From the sequence record NC_070998.1: DNA of 64,000 nt. One strand, written 5' to 3'. A program made the translations under genes and the position numbers. Positions within the stretch are counted from its first letter, which is position 1; every line of letters starts with the position of its first letter. The notes beneath the pieces were generated by a model, which saw nothing but the letters and a program-made list of their open reading frames with translations, did no database searches and was not told the DNA's origin. Positions 1-9,484 of this stretch are shown piece after piece.

Positions 1-906
1 AAATTATCCACTAAAGACGCCTACATTCTCTGGGCTTACTTACTAGATAGAAATAGGAAAACGACCCAAGAACATATCCCTGCTTATACTTACTTTAACG
101 TAAGGAAGATCCTACCTCCTAACTATCTTGTCTTAATGGGATTAGGAGATAAAGATATTCTTACTGAGGATGTTGCAAAAGACATTCTTAAAGTAACTGT
201 TGAGTATTCAAGGATTATTTCTCCTGACGTGTTTTTCCTTAAAGCAAAAGAGATCTTTGATAAACAGTGGGATCATCGTAAACTTTATTCCAGAGTACTG
301 AACCTTTTTACTCACACCAGAGTTAAAAATGCGGTAGAGAGTTTATACGAAACTGGTGCTGTTAAGCTAACCAATAAAACACGGTATAAAGATTGGTTGA
401 CTAGACTAGAACTTAACTTTGATGATTACAGTGAAGATGATTGTTTAGAATTAGCTTGGAACATCTGGAAGAAAGTGACCGGATGGGAAAATGCAGCTTT
501 CATGACAATAGCCGATCAACAGAAACAGTTGATTAACTTGATGAAAGATCTCACCAGCTACACCGTTCAGTACATCGGTTCTACTACTGAAGGTGAGGTA
601 GAAGGACAAATCCAGTTAATGGATTTAGTTGATTCTGATATTTGGTCTCCTAATTCAGAAACCGGTTTAGAGTCTGATAATAAAGATCAACTTGTACTAG
701 ATGCATTAAAGGGTACCAAAGAAGCTAGTTTAACAGCTAAAGAGCATAGAGGTTCCCCAGAAGGTAATATGGTGGATCACTTAGAAATCGAATCGATTGG
801 TTCTGGTGATATTCCTATTAATAGTTATTTGAAATATGTGGAAACTGAACCCGATTTCTCTCCATTCCATTTAAACGTCGGGCTAAGGCTTCGAGAAGCT
901 GTTTAA
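1..906 (+). CDS. C-terminal part of a large putative virion/baseplate protein (5'-truncated by the window)
   Basis: Frame is open from base 1 through the listed ORF 136..906; first gene of a structural cluster. Function inferred from context only. Confidence 0.6.
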   Translation, partial: KLSTKDAYILWAYLLDRNRKTTQEHIPAYTYFNVRKILPPNYLVLMGLGDKDILTEDVAKDILKVTVEYSRIISPDVFFLKAKEIFDKQWDHRKLYSRVLNLFTHTRVKNAVESLYETGAVKLTNKTRYKDWLTRLELNFDDYSEDDCLELAWNIWKKVTGWENAAFMTIADQQKQLINLMKDLTSYTVQYIGSTTEGEVEGQIQLMDLVDSDIWSPNSETGLESDNKDQLVLDALKGTKEASLTAKEHRGSPEGNMVDHLEIESIGSGDIPINSYLKYVETEPDFSPFHLNVGLRLREAV

Positions 907-914
907 GGATAAAT

Positions 915-1235
915 ATGCAACGACTAAAAGACCGTTATCCTGATAGTCGTTCTTTCCATGTATTGGCTAATCAAGAACAGGAAGTTTTACTCCTACTTGA
1001 TAACAGACATGTGAAACACGAAAAGGATAACTTAGCATATCTCACTGGAATACTAGATAAAACGAATAAACCTGATTTAAATGAGCGTGATGTTGTAAGT
1101 CACGTATTTGAAAAGTATCCGTTTTTGTATTCCGAAGATATCGAAAAGATACAAGAGTTTGATAACTACTTTACGGTAAGTGTTTATCCTAATACACTTA
1201 TTCACTTTGGACAGTTTAATATCTATAAGGGTTAA
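915..1235 (+). CDS. hypothetical protein (106 aa)
   Basis: ORF with SD (aagga) in an operon-like run. Confidence 0.7.
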   Translation: MQRLKDRYPDSRSFHVLANQEQEVLLLLDNRHVKHEKDNLAYLTGILDKTNKPDLNERDVVSHVFEKYPFLYSEDIEKIQEFDNYFTVSVYPNTLIHFGQFNIYKG

Positions 1236-1237
1236 TC

Positions 1238-2155
1238 ATGGTAGATGTAATTGATAATGGTCGTACTAAAAGTAAACTCCCGAGTCAACTGATCTCCCCT
1301 ACTGGATTTGGTACGGTAGTTTCAGCTGCTGTGAACTGTAAGCAACCTTTTAACATTCCAGCTAATACTACTCTTAATGAGAAATACGATGTACTAGCTG
1401 TTGAATCGGTTGGAATGAAACACGGTAAAGATTTCAGTCTGGGTTATTACGGTATTGGTATCGGCGGTTCTCGCTCAGTGGGTGCAGACACCAATGGCTT
1501 GGAAGGTCGTAAAGTATATCAACACAAAGCTACCGACCAGGCTGCTTTCTACCCAATCCCTTTCTTGATCCGCACCATTGATAACGACATTGATCCAGCT
1601 ATTCGCGAAAACTATCGGATGCGCGTGGTTCGCAAAATCGGCGAAATCACTTATGTAATGTATTACCTTAAGAAAATCGGATTCCAGCTGTTTGATCCGT
1701 CTGTTAAGATCGGTACTCGTGATGAGACCACTGGTAATGAAACCGAATATCCTTACGAGTATAAGAAAGAAGATCTTTCCCCTACTCCGTATGAACTCCT
1801 TACCACTGATAGTATTCCACTTTCCAACACTTATGCTAATGGCACTGGTAAACTAGATCTCTCTTTGAACAGTAGTGATCTTAATGAAATCCGTAACGTT
1901 TGCACCATTCTCTTTAATGACGTTACTAAAGCTGCTATCAATGAGATGTATCTGGTGCACGGAATTGAAACTACTTTCGATGGTCAGATCGGTTCCGGCG
2001 GTACTGTTAACTATAAAGAGCTTCTCTCCGCAGTGACTAGTTTCACTATCACTGAAGCCTGGGCACGTGATGCTAACGCTAACTCTACCATGCCGTGGTA
2101 TTTCCACATTGGTAACTCACTACCCATGCTGGTTGCTCAAGACGCCCTAGTATAA
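1238..2155 (+). CDS. putative virion structural (baseplate-associated) protein
   Basis: 305-aa ORF, beta-rich, within structural cluster; function from context. Confidence 0.55.
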   Translation: MVDVIDNGRTKSKLPSQLISPTGFGTVVSAAVNCKQPFNIPANTTLNEKYDVLAVESVGMKHGKDFSLGYYGIGIGGSRSVGADTNGLEGRKVYQHKATDQAAFYPIPFLIRTIDNDIDPAIRENYRMRVVRKIGEITYVMYYLKKIGFQLFDPSVKIGTRDETTGNETEYPYEYKKEDLSPTPYELLTTDSIPLSNTYANGTGKLDLSLNSSDLNEIRNVCTILFNDVTKAAINEMYLVHGIETTFDGQIGSGGTVNYKELLSAVTSFTITEAWARDANANSTMPWYFHIGNSLPMLVAQDALV

Positions 2156-2166
2156 AGGAATGTTCA

Positions 2167-2367
2167 ATGTCAAATAAAAATGGTATTCACCATGTTGTTA
2201 AAGAACCAGATAGCAAGCTTTGGCCAAAGGTAACACTTTGTGGTAAAAAAGTTTGGTACCATGACATGCCAATTGGCATTGAACATGCTAGAGCTTGTGT
2301 AGAGCAAGGTACATATCTTCAACCATGTAAGAACTGTATGAAGAAAGCACCCAAAGAACAGGAGTGA
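2167..2367 (+). CDS. small Cys-containing (possible Zn-binding) protein
   Basis: LCGK...ACVE...PCKNC pattern, SD aagga. Confidence 0.6.
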   Translation: MSNKNGIHHVVKEPDSKLWPKVTLCGKKVWYHDMPIGIEHARACVEQGTYLQPCKNCMKKAPKEQE

Positions 2368-2864
2368 TTATGACTGATCAATTCAGTCAGTTTTCTCCAA
2401 AGGACAGTTACTCCCAATCAGGGAGTAACTTTTCTGGAACTAACTGGCGCGCAGAACAACTTCCTACTGAAGCAGTAAAGAATAGTGATGAATTGGAATA
2501 TAAACACCACCCTAAAGAGTGCCAATACCCATTGATTAATAAACACTTTACTGTTCAGATCAATACTAAAGTAGAATTGGAGTTTCTAAGTAACGTTGAA
2601 CAGAATACTCCTTTTGATTATAAGAAATTTGGATTATCTATTCCAAGACAACTCATGACATTATTGAATCAATATAATATCGGAGATGGTTGGAGTTGTA
2701 ATCCACAACGTGGTAACAGTGTTGCTGCTTTCTCCCTACTCTATTTTGGAGTAGGTTCCTTAACCCCAACACAATACCAGTTGAATCGTAAAACTCCTCT
2801 AGTGGCAATTGTGGAAGTCGATACGTTTAACGGTAAAGAGGTGTTAAGTCTTGCTGTGAGATAA
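2364..2864 (+). CDS. hypothetical protein
   Basis: 166-aa ORF coupled to neighbours. Confidence 0.7.
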   Translation: MIMTDQFSQFSPKDSYSQSGSNFSGTNWRAEQLPTEAVKNSDELEYKHHPKECQYPLINKHFTVQINTKVELEFLSNVEQNTPFDYKKFGLSIPRQLMTLLNQYNIGDGWSCNPQRGNSVAAFSLLYFGVGSLTPTQYQLNRKTPLVAIVEVDTFNGKEVLSLAVR

Positions 2865-2866
2865 AA

Positions 2867-3439
2867 ATGACAATAAAGATACTCGGGATAGACCCAGGAA
2901 CTAATAGCTTAGGGTGTGCAGCTCTTGAGTTAGATGTTTACACTAAGAAATCATTTAAACTAATTTACGCTGATACTATTCTAGGTCAGAATAATGAGTT
3001 TGGCGTCCAGAACGATAATCCTCATCAGGTAAGGGCTAAAGGACTTACAAGAGTCTATTCTCACATCTTTGATATGATCGATCCTAATGTGGTGGCTTGT
3101 GAAGACAACTTCCTAGGAATCAATCCTGCTTCGTTTAAACGCCTTATCGAAGTAGTCTCTTATTTTAATATCCACACTGTGTTGAATAAATCAGATTGTC
3201 CATTTAAACTAGTACTCCCTAGACTTGCTAAACAGATTGTTAAAGCGGATTTCAAAGGTAGTACTAAGGACGATGTAACTCTTGGGTTGAAGAAATGTCC
3301 TTTTCTAGATTTAAATGGTTTTGACCTAGATCAACTTACTGAGCACGCTAACGACGCAATTCTTCTGGCCCTTTATATTGCAGTTCAATACTACAAAGAT
3401 TTAGGGTGGGATATTGTAAATGACAGTAAACAACAATAA
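2867..3439 (+). CDS. ruvC: RuvC-like Holliday junction resolvase
   Basis: RNase H-fold motifs ILGIDPG, VACED and C-terminal ANDAI acidic residues. Confidence 0.88.
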   Translation: MTIKILGIDPGTNSLGCAALELDVYTKKSFKLIYADTILGQNNEFGVQNDNPHQVRAKGLTRVYSHIFDMIDPNVVACEDNFLGINPASFKRLIEVVSYFNIHTVLNKSDCPFKLVLPRLAKQIVKADFKGSTKDDVTLGLKKCPFLDLNGFDLDQLTEHANDAILLALYIAVQYYKDLGWDIVNDSKQQ

Positions 3440-4079
3440 AGAAATCACGGATAAGAATGATCCGGCTTATTACGATTGGATTCCTGCTGTATTAAGATCT
3501 ACAGCGGGATTTAACTCTTGTATGACAGTTGCCGTTACAAGCATCATTTTTATTATGACCATTTACCATGGTGTAATAGAAAATCAAAAAGGTTGGTTTA
3601 ACGGTGTTCAGATGGTGCTTATGCTCTGCGGACCTGCCTTGTTAGGGTGGCATTTTGTAAATGCCAAGTCTATATTAGCCACTGTTTTATCAGTTGACGA
3701 AGGACAACATGAAACAAGCAGTAGTGACAAACCTTTAAAAATACCAGGTGGCGCAACGTTAGTAACCGATAATGATGTCGCCATTGAAAGAGAGTTGTTT
3801 GGATTAAGTACAGTATTAATGAGAGCGATTGCTGGCTGTATATCTGTGCACGCTATTTGTTTTGTTAGTATCGTTTTCACCATTACTATTAGGCAGGCGG
3901 TGATGGAGGGAAAAACATTACCCAGCGACATTGAAGTGTTAATTTCAGTATTACCTCCCATCATAACTTCATGGAGTTTTATGAGAGTAAGTAATACTCT
4001 AGCCGTTATAATCGCAGGCGGCGGTAAGTTTGCCCAATTTAGAGAAAAACTTGCTGAAGTTATCAAACCAAATAAGTAA
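3420..4079 (+). CDS. multi-pass membrane protein (holin candidate)
   Basis: Several hydrophobic segments, basic C-terminus, near spanin genes; holin role is inference. Confidence 0.55.
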   Translation: MTVNNNKEITDKNDPAYYDWIPAVLRSTAGFNSCMTVAVTSIIFIMTIYHGVIENQKGWFNGVQMVLMLCGPALLGWHFVNAKSILATVLSVDEGQHETSSSDKPLKIPGGATLVTDNDVAIERELFGLSTVLMRAIAGCISVHAICFVSIVFTITIRQAVMEGKTLPSDIEVLISVLPPIITSWSFMRVSNTLAVIIAGGGKFAQFREKLAEVIKPNK

Positions 4080-4080
4080 T

Positions 4081-4118
4081 TAAAATACTCGACGTCAATA
4101 TTGACGTCGAGTATTTTA
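4081..4118. terminator. perfect 38-bp palindrome / hairpin terminator
   Basis: taaaatactcgacgtcaat followed by its exact reverse complement, right after the stop at 4079. Confidence 0.8.
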
Positions 4119-4124
4119 TCATCT

Positions 4125-4150
4125 CTATTTATTTTTAAACCTATATTACT
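4125..4150 (+). promoter_or_regulatory. phiKZ-type early promoter (TATATTAC)
   Basis: ctctatttatttttaaacc-TATATTAC (core 4142-4149) upstream of HNH gene; matches the known phiKZ early core. Confidence 0.7.
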
Positions 4151-4178
4151 ATAGTGTATAAATAAAAAGAGGTTTAAA

Positions 4179-5009
4179 ATGAATATTGATAAAAGATTAC
4201 TAGCTTATAAACCAATTTCTATTACTCTTAATTTTGATTGGGATAATACTACTTACGATGAACGTGTCCAAATGCGACACGATTACATTGAAGAACAAAA
4301 GAAGAAAGATCCTAATTATGTTGGATATGACTTTATAGACACTTTTAAAGTAGATAATGAAACCAAAGAAATAATTTATTTAAAATGTTTTAAAAGATTA
4401 ATCAATAGTATTGGTCAGATGTTATATATAAATAAAGGAACTGTTTTTACAACATTAGGTAACGGTGAAAGTAACGGCTATAATAGAATAAAGATCAATA
4501 TAAATGGGAAAAGGAAACGATTACTTATCCATCGGGTTGTGGCTAGTACTTTTATCCCCATACCCACACATTTGAAAGATCATCAAGAGAACCTTGTTGT
4601 AAATCACAAAAACGACGTTAAAAATTGCAATCTTAGATCTAATCTTGAATGGTGTACACAAATTGAAAACATAACAAAGGCTTATGAGACAGGTGCTAGA
4701 AAATGTAAATCTTATAAATTCACTGTAAAACTAAAAGGTGCTTTATTTAATAAAGAATATTATTTTTCTAGAGCTTCAGATCTTAATTGCGTGGGGTTGT
4801 CAGAGAGAGCGGCTGAAAGGTCTATAAAAACAAAAATACCCTATTTCTTTGGAACCTGGAAACGTGTTAGTTTAAATGAAATTAAGGATAAAAGAATTGG
4901 AATTGATTTAGAAGCGATTAAAATTTTAAGAGATCCAAAATTAGGATGTAAATTTAATATTTCAGGTTGGGTTGGGACTTTTTGTGAAGATACACCATAT
5001 CCCAAATAA
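4179..5009 (+). CDS. free-standing HNH homing endonuclease, C-terminally truncated by an in-frame TAA
   Basis: HRVVASTF...VVNHKNDVKNCN...NLEWCT HNH motif; homology to the 23966 HNH continues in frame to 5204. Confidence 0.85.
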   Translation: MNIDKRLLAYKPISITLNFDWDNTTYDERVQMRHDYIEEQKKKDPNYVGYDFIDTFKVDNETKEIIYLKCFKRLINSIGQMLYINKGTVFTTLGNGESNGYNRIKININGKRKRLLIHRVVASTFIPIPTHLKDHQENLVVNHKNDVKNCNLRSNLEWCTQIENITKAYETGARKCKSYKFTVKLKGALFNKEYYFSRASDLNCVGLSERAAERSIKTKIPYFFGTWKRVSLNEIKDKRIGIDLEAIKILRDPKLGCKFNISGWVGTFCEDTPYPK

Positions 5010-5204
5010 CAGTTTGTCATTTTCGGAATGAATAATTTAATTGGTTATAACATCAACCCAGCAGCAGTATTTTCCTGTTGGACGGGAAAACTAAAAACAC
5101 ATAGGGGATGTACCTGGGAACGCTACCCTAGAAATGATGTTAGTGAAAAACTTACACACCCAAACAAAGAGCAGGGACAGTGGTTAAGAAAATTTTCTAC
5201 CTAA
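5010..5204 (+). pseudogene. in-frame continuation of the HNH gene beyond the premature stop
   Basis: 64 open codons QFVIFGM...HRGCTWE aligning with EFVIFGR...HQGCKWE of the 23966 HNH. Confidence 0.75.
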
Positions 5205-5289
5205 TACATTAGCTGTACTAATGAACTCCGGCAGTAGTTTAATAAACCTTAGAGAAAAACTTGCAGACATCATTAGACCAGGTAAATAA
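5203..5289 (+). pseudogene. orphaned 3' end of the 3420..4079 membrane gene
   Basis: NTLAVLMNSGSSLINLREKLADIIRPGK* vs NTLAVIIAGGGKFAQFREKLAEVIKPNK* (3993-4079): same length, 14/28 aa identical. Confidence 0.8.
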
Positions 5290-5299
5290 ACATAGGACA

Positions 5300-5333
5300 T
5301 AACTCTCACTCTCCAGTTGGAGAGTGAGAGTTA
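5300..5333. terminator. long-stem bidirectional hairpin terminator
   Basis: taactctcactctcc-agtt-ggagagtgagagtta between convergent genes. Confidence 0.8.
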
Positions 5334-5346
5334 ACTTATCTTTAAG

Positions 5347-5808
5347 TTATTTTTCGTTCAAGCTAGTGATAATCAAATCAATATTTTTAATGAGTTTATC
5401 TACAACTTGATTCAACCCATTGATTTGTTCACTAGAGACATCTAATTCCTTAGTAGTTGCAATAAGAATTAAACGAGTAGTTGCATAACAAGCATCTTTC
5501 GCTACTTCCTTAGTGCAGTCGTTGTGTTCAAGGAATAGATTGAGTTTATCCATCCTGGATTCACGTTTCTTCCAGTCTGGAACGTAAACGGAACTTGGTA
5601 CTTCAGTTAGGTTTTGTTTTAGCGCTACTATCTGATCCTTGTAAAGCTGAAGCTTTGCTAACTCCGACTTCATCTCTACGTAATTCCCCGCTGCTGTTAC
5701 TTTCGGCTGCGATGAGCAACTGGCGAGCGTAAAGATCATCAAGAGGACTGTCAATAGCCGTGTTATCATATCCGTATTTCTCATAGATACCTTTGTAACC
5801 TCTTTCAA
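5347..5808 (-). CDS. o-spanin (Rz1-like outer-membrane lipoprotein)
   Basis: Lipobox LLMIFTLAS-C, helical mature region, overlaps the i-spanin 3' end in another frame; true start probably at a downstream Met. Confidence 0.75.
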   Translation of the reverse strand: MKEVTKVSMRNTDMITRLLTVLLMIFTLASCSSQPKVTAAGNYVEMKSELAKLQLYKDQIVALKQNLTEVPSSVYVPDWKKRESRMDKLNLFLEHNDCTKEVAKDACYATTRLILIATTKELDVSSEQINGLNQVVDKLIKNIDLIITSLNEK

Positions 5809-6097
5809 GAAGTCGATTATTAAGGATCAATTGTTGTTCCAAGTTGGATGCCCACTCACGCTGTTTAATCGCGGCTTGCGTGATACTATCAGTGGCCTTA
5901 GCAAACTTATCAACAGCAACAACCAACTTATCTACCGTCTCTTGATTTAGTTTATTAGGATCTTCTCTAAAAAACAAAAAGAAAGTGAGACAAAACACCA
6001 TTATCCAAATACCTAGGGTATTCAGTAGTTTAGTTTTATCCACTTCCCCAAGAAACGACAAGGGGGTTGGAATAAGACTCATCTCATACTGCCTCAA
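5603..6097 (-). CDS. i-spanin (Rz-like inner-membrane protein)
   Basis: Single N-terminal TM (LGIWIMVFCLTFFLFF) followed by coiled-coil; overlapping lipoprotein gene. Confidence 0.72.
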   Translation of the reverse strand: MRQYEMSLIPTPLSFLGEVDKTKLLNTLGIWIMVFCLTFFLFFREDPNKLNQETVDKLVVAVDKFAKATDSITQAAIKQREWASNLEQQLILNNRLLERGYKGIYEKYGYDNTAIDSPLDDLYARQLLIAAESNSSGELRRDEVGVSKASALQGSDSSAKTKPN

Positions 6098-7316
6098 ACG
6101 TCACACCAGAAATCTTAAATAAATATCCCCTAGGAAGCACTCCAGGATCGCCTTGGTTGATTTCCATGCTGTTATACGGACTACCAGCCAGATTACCTGA
6201 GGATTGAATGGGATAGTATCTAGAAATTCTGACATCATGGTTTAACAAACGCTGTCCGTTTCCATATGTCTTAATATATGGAACAGGGAACAGCCCGTTA
6301 TCTAGCACAATAGGATGTTGGAACCGTTCCTCAGTGTGCAAGACATTAGGGTAATTAAAAGTTGTCAATGGTACAACTTCTATTCCTAATGTAGGGTTGT
6401 TAACCAGTAGAATAAAAGAGTTATGCATAGTTAATGCGTCTTTCTTATACTGATCAAGCTTAGTAAAGTTTGTTAGTTTGGGAGTACGAGTAAATTCACG
6501 ATAAACTTGATAATGTTTAACAGCATCAAACCCGGATAGATTAACCATTAAGGTATCTACACCGACTTGATAAATCATTTCGCTATCAGTTATCAATTGA
6601 CCATTAACTACCATCCAGATGGTTTTATTGTTAAGGTCTGTATTTTCAAGTTTTACTTTCCAGCTCTTTACACCATTGCTATCATAGTCAAAGAGGTTAT
6701 CTTTGGTAATAGGGATGGTTTTTAAAGTACCTAGTTTCTCAAAACTTAATGCAGAAGCTCTTACATCACGTTTAAGTTTAACGTAGTCAGTACCAGCTCC
6801 TAGTAGGTAAACGCCGTCAGAACGCCCCACAGACCGATAGAAAACGCCATTTACATTAAAGAGTGCTTTATCAACCTGTTCATTGTAATCAATCCCACCA
6901 GTGTACTTGTAGTGAGTTAATCTAATATCAGGTGCCGCTTCAGAAATGAGGTCGTTTTGTCTATCCTTTGCAAGATTAAGGTCTGCTGGATAGTGGTAAA
7001 ATCCGTGAGTAAATAACCGCTCCAGCTTAATAAATTTACGGTCTTTTCCAGGTATCAAAGGAGATTGTTTTAATACATCCCCTACCTTGGTATTTAACCA
7101 TTCTTGAATAGTGATCAGTGGTGTTTTAGCAAAACTTAACCGATAGTCATCGAGTGTTAAACAGATCTTTGTATTGTAAAGAGTATCTGTCGCTACAATG
7201 TAAAGTACATTGTATAGTTTCTCTAGATCTCCAACAGGATAAGAAGAGATATTAACAACGTGAAATCCCGGTTGATAATCCTTAAAACGTCCCACTGCAT
7301 ATAAGTAATTGTACAT
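6084..7316 (-). CDS. putative virion structural protein (410 aa)
   Basis: Long ORF divergent from the tail-gene cluster; function from context. Confidence 0.55.
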   Translation of the reverse strand: MYNYLYAVGRFKDYQPGFHVVNISSYPVGDLEKLYNVLYIVATDTLYNTKICLTLDDYRLSFAKTPLITIQEWLNTKVGDVLKQSPLIPGKDRKFIKLERLFTHGFYHYPADLNLAKDRQNDLISEAAPDIRLTHYKYTGGIDYNEQVDKALFNVNGVFYRSVGRSDGVYLLGAGTDYVKLKRDVRASALSFEKLGTLKTIPITKDNLFDYDSNGVKSWKVKLENTDLNNKTIWMVVNGQLITDSEMIYQVGVDTLMVNLSGFDAVKHYQVYREFTRTPKLTNFTKLDQYKKDALTMHNSFILLVNNPTLGIEVVPLTTFNYPNVLHTEERFQHPIVLDNGLFPVPYIKTYGNGQRLLNHDVRISRYYPIQSSGNLAGSPYNSMEINQGDPGVLPRGYLFKISGVTFEAV

Positions 7317-7348
7317 GCATTTTCACCTTTTGATACAGAGGTTCATCT

Positions 7349-8110
7349 ATGACAAATAATACCTCGGCGCTACAAGGACAACTGGTTTATCCTTGGAACC
7401 CGTTCCAAGATTTAGCGAGTAATGACATTAAAGGTGAGGTTCACCATATTCCCGCTAGTGCAGCAGGAAGCATCATTATTCCTCGCTGTTCACCTTTGTT
7501 CTCGCGCAACATAAAGATTAAGCAACTGGATAGTTCTAGAGAACTTTCCCTAGAAGCTGGCGATTACTCTTTCGTTTTCCCATTTGGCAATTTCATTGGT
7601 AAATACAATCGACTGGTATACGGCGGTATTGTAATTAACAATGTCTCTAGCCCCATTAACGTTGAACTAGATTACTCGACTATTGGTGGGGATTTCGTGC
7701 TTGACGAGATCGAGTACTTGGAAGCAGTGGCTAATGCTCAGATCGCTCCGAGACGTGAAGATTGGGATAAAATCATCAATCTCCCATCTGAGTGGCCAGT
7801 GGATCCTCATCCACATCCAGCTTCTGATACTTATAACTACGAAGACATGATCACCGTCATGCGTAGTTATATTGACGCGATGTCTGGTACCGAGAACCCA
7901 TTAGCTGTTCAACAGCTTCTAGAGGAACATCTCAAAGCCGATCTACAATCTGCACATAAAGCTGATCTGCAATCTCTAGGTGTGACTAACCTGGAAGACT
8001 GGAGAATGGCAACAGTTGATGACCTTGGTGGAAATAGTACCGAGCTACTAGTAAATATCAATGTCCTCAAACAAGCTATTCGGGGATTTGCTCAAGGTAC
8101 TTGGAAATAA
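7349..8110 (+). CDS. putative baseplate/tail structural protein, paralog family member 1
   Basis: Shares H..AH...LGxxNL motif with the next three genes. Confidence 0.65.
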   Translation: MTNNTSALQGQLVYPWNPFQDLASNDIKGEVHHIPASAAGSIIIPRCSPLFSRNIKIKQLDSSRELSLEAGDYSFVFPFGNFIGKYNRLVYGGIVINNVSSPINVELDYSTIGGDFVLDEIEYLEAVANAQIAPRREDWDKIINLPSEWPVDPHPHPASDTYNYEDMITVMRSYIDAMSGTENPLAVQQLLEEHLKADLQSAHKADLQSLGVTNLEDWRMATVDDLGGNSTELLVNINVLKQAIRGFAQGTWK

Positions 8111-8147
8111 TATCTCCGGTATTTTCTTTTAGAAGGATGTATCGCGT

Positions 8148-9422
8148 ATGATGCTAATTCCAGATATACCTCGTTTTAAGTTAGACCTGGAGGGAAACTC
8201 CAAGTTTAACGCTATCCCAAAAGAGTATGGTAAACGAAGTAATGAAAAGAACAACGAAATATTTGTTCCTCAATATGCTCCGTTTTACATAAACAGTTTT
8301 AAGATGTATTTCAAAACCGGAGAACCGATGGTCCTTGGCGAGGATTATGAGTTCTACGGAATTATGTCAAAGTTAACCGAATACACTGCCAAGCCAGTAG
8401 GTTTGTTTGTTAAACTACTCAAACCAGAAATTACTGAATGGTATAGTAGTTACCAAGTAGTGGGTAACTTTAACAAAGTCAATGACGACATCATCCTGAT
8501 GTTAAAGGCTATAGCTGAAGATGATAGAACTGTTGACTGGAATAACATCGACGGTAAACCAGAATGGTATAATCCAAAACTTCACCAGCATGATCTTACT
8601 TATGAAATCTTTGGCTTTACTGATTTGATTAATGCTTGGGAAATGCTCATTGATAAAGATATCCTTGGTAAAGGTAATCTTACAATGATGTTGGAGTCTT
8701 TCGAAGAGAAGCTAGATGTTTACATCAATGGATTTAGACAGCAAACTGTTAAGCTCTTAGAAAGACATAAAGCTAATAAAACAGATGCCCATGGCGTACA
8801 GAAAGATCAGATTGGCTTAGATAAACTGGATAACTTTAAAACAGCCAGTTTAAGTGAGACAGTAGATGGTAAAACTACAGAACGACACATCACGGTTTAT
8901 AATGCTGCAAAAGTAGCAACCATGATGACTGGTCAGAACGCAAGGTTATTAGATAGTGGGAAGTTACCTATCTTTACATTCCCCTCTGACCCAGCCGATC
9001 CAGTAGTTACCAAATCTATTGTTCCTGGTGAATACGTTCTTTACTGCAAAGCTGTGCCTATGTGTGTAGTTGGTGGTAAACGTTATTCCGTTCCTGAAGC
9101 GGTGATAGATATTACTGACACTATCAGCAACCCAGTTAACAAGACTTTGTATTTTTATCTGAATTATAAATCAGGGTCCGTTAATTACGTCATTACTGAG
9201 ATTGAAACTCAGGAAACAGCAAGTAATGGTTTAGTGGCATTGTTGACCTGTAATGCCAACGGTATAGACGCCCTTTATAGTTATAACCGGTTTACAATGG
9301 ACGGATTGGGAATAGTTCCACAAAGGCAAGGTAATATAATACCTGCTACTAGTGGATCACTTTATACTCAAAACGATGCTAGTGATATCTTTAATAAATC
9401 CACAGATTTGTTACCAGAATAA
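8148..9422 (+). CDS. putative baseplate/tail structural protein, paralog family member 2
   Basis: HKANKTDAHGVQKDQIGLDKLDNF motif; C-terminal domain similar to 9485 gene. Confidence 0.65.
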   Translation: MMLIPDIPRFKLDLEGNSKFNAIPKEYGKRSNEKNNEIFVPQYAPFYINSFKMYFKTGEPMVLGEDYEFYGIMSKLTEYTAKPVGLFVKLLKPEITEWYSSYQVVGNFNKVNDDIILMLKAIAEDDRTVDWNNIDGKPEWYNPKLHQHDLTYEIFGFTDLINAWEMLIDKDILGKGNLTMMLESFEEKLDVYINGFRQQTVKLLERHKANKTDAHGVQKDQIGLDKLDNFKTASLSETVDGKTTERHITVYNAAKVATMMTGQNARLLDSGKLPIFTFPSDPADPVVTKSIVPGEYVLYCKAVPMCVVGGKRYSVPEAVIDITDTISNPVNKTLYFYLNYKSGSVNYVITEIETQETASNGLVALLTCNANGIDALYSYNRFTMDGLGIVPQRQGNIIPATSGSLYTQNDASDIFNKSTDLLPE

Positions 9423-9433
9423 CCTTTAATTAC

Positions 9434-9467
9434 TTAGAGAGTGCGATCTTTTGATCGCACTCTCTAA
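9434..9467. terminator. hairpin terminator
   Basis: ttagagagtgcgatc-tttt-gatcgcactctctaa. Confidence 0.75.
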
Positions 9468-9484
9468 TCACATCTGAGGTTCCC

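Noticed and set aside
3608-4066. 152-aa antisense ORF
   Set aside because: Shadow of the membrane gene; no SD or motif.
5007-5009. Stop-codon reassignment (alternative genetic code)
   Set aside because: TAA is the normal terminator of most genes here and long genes are uninterrupted; this is a single isolated event.
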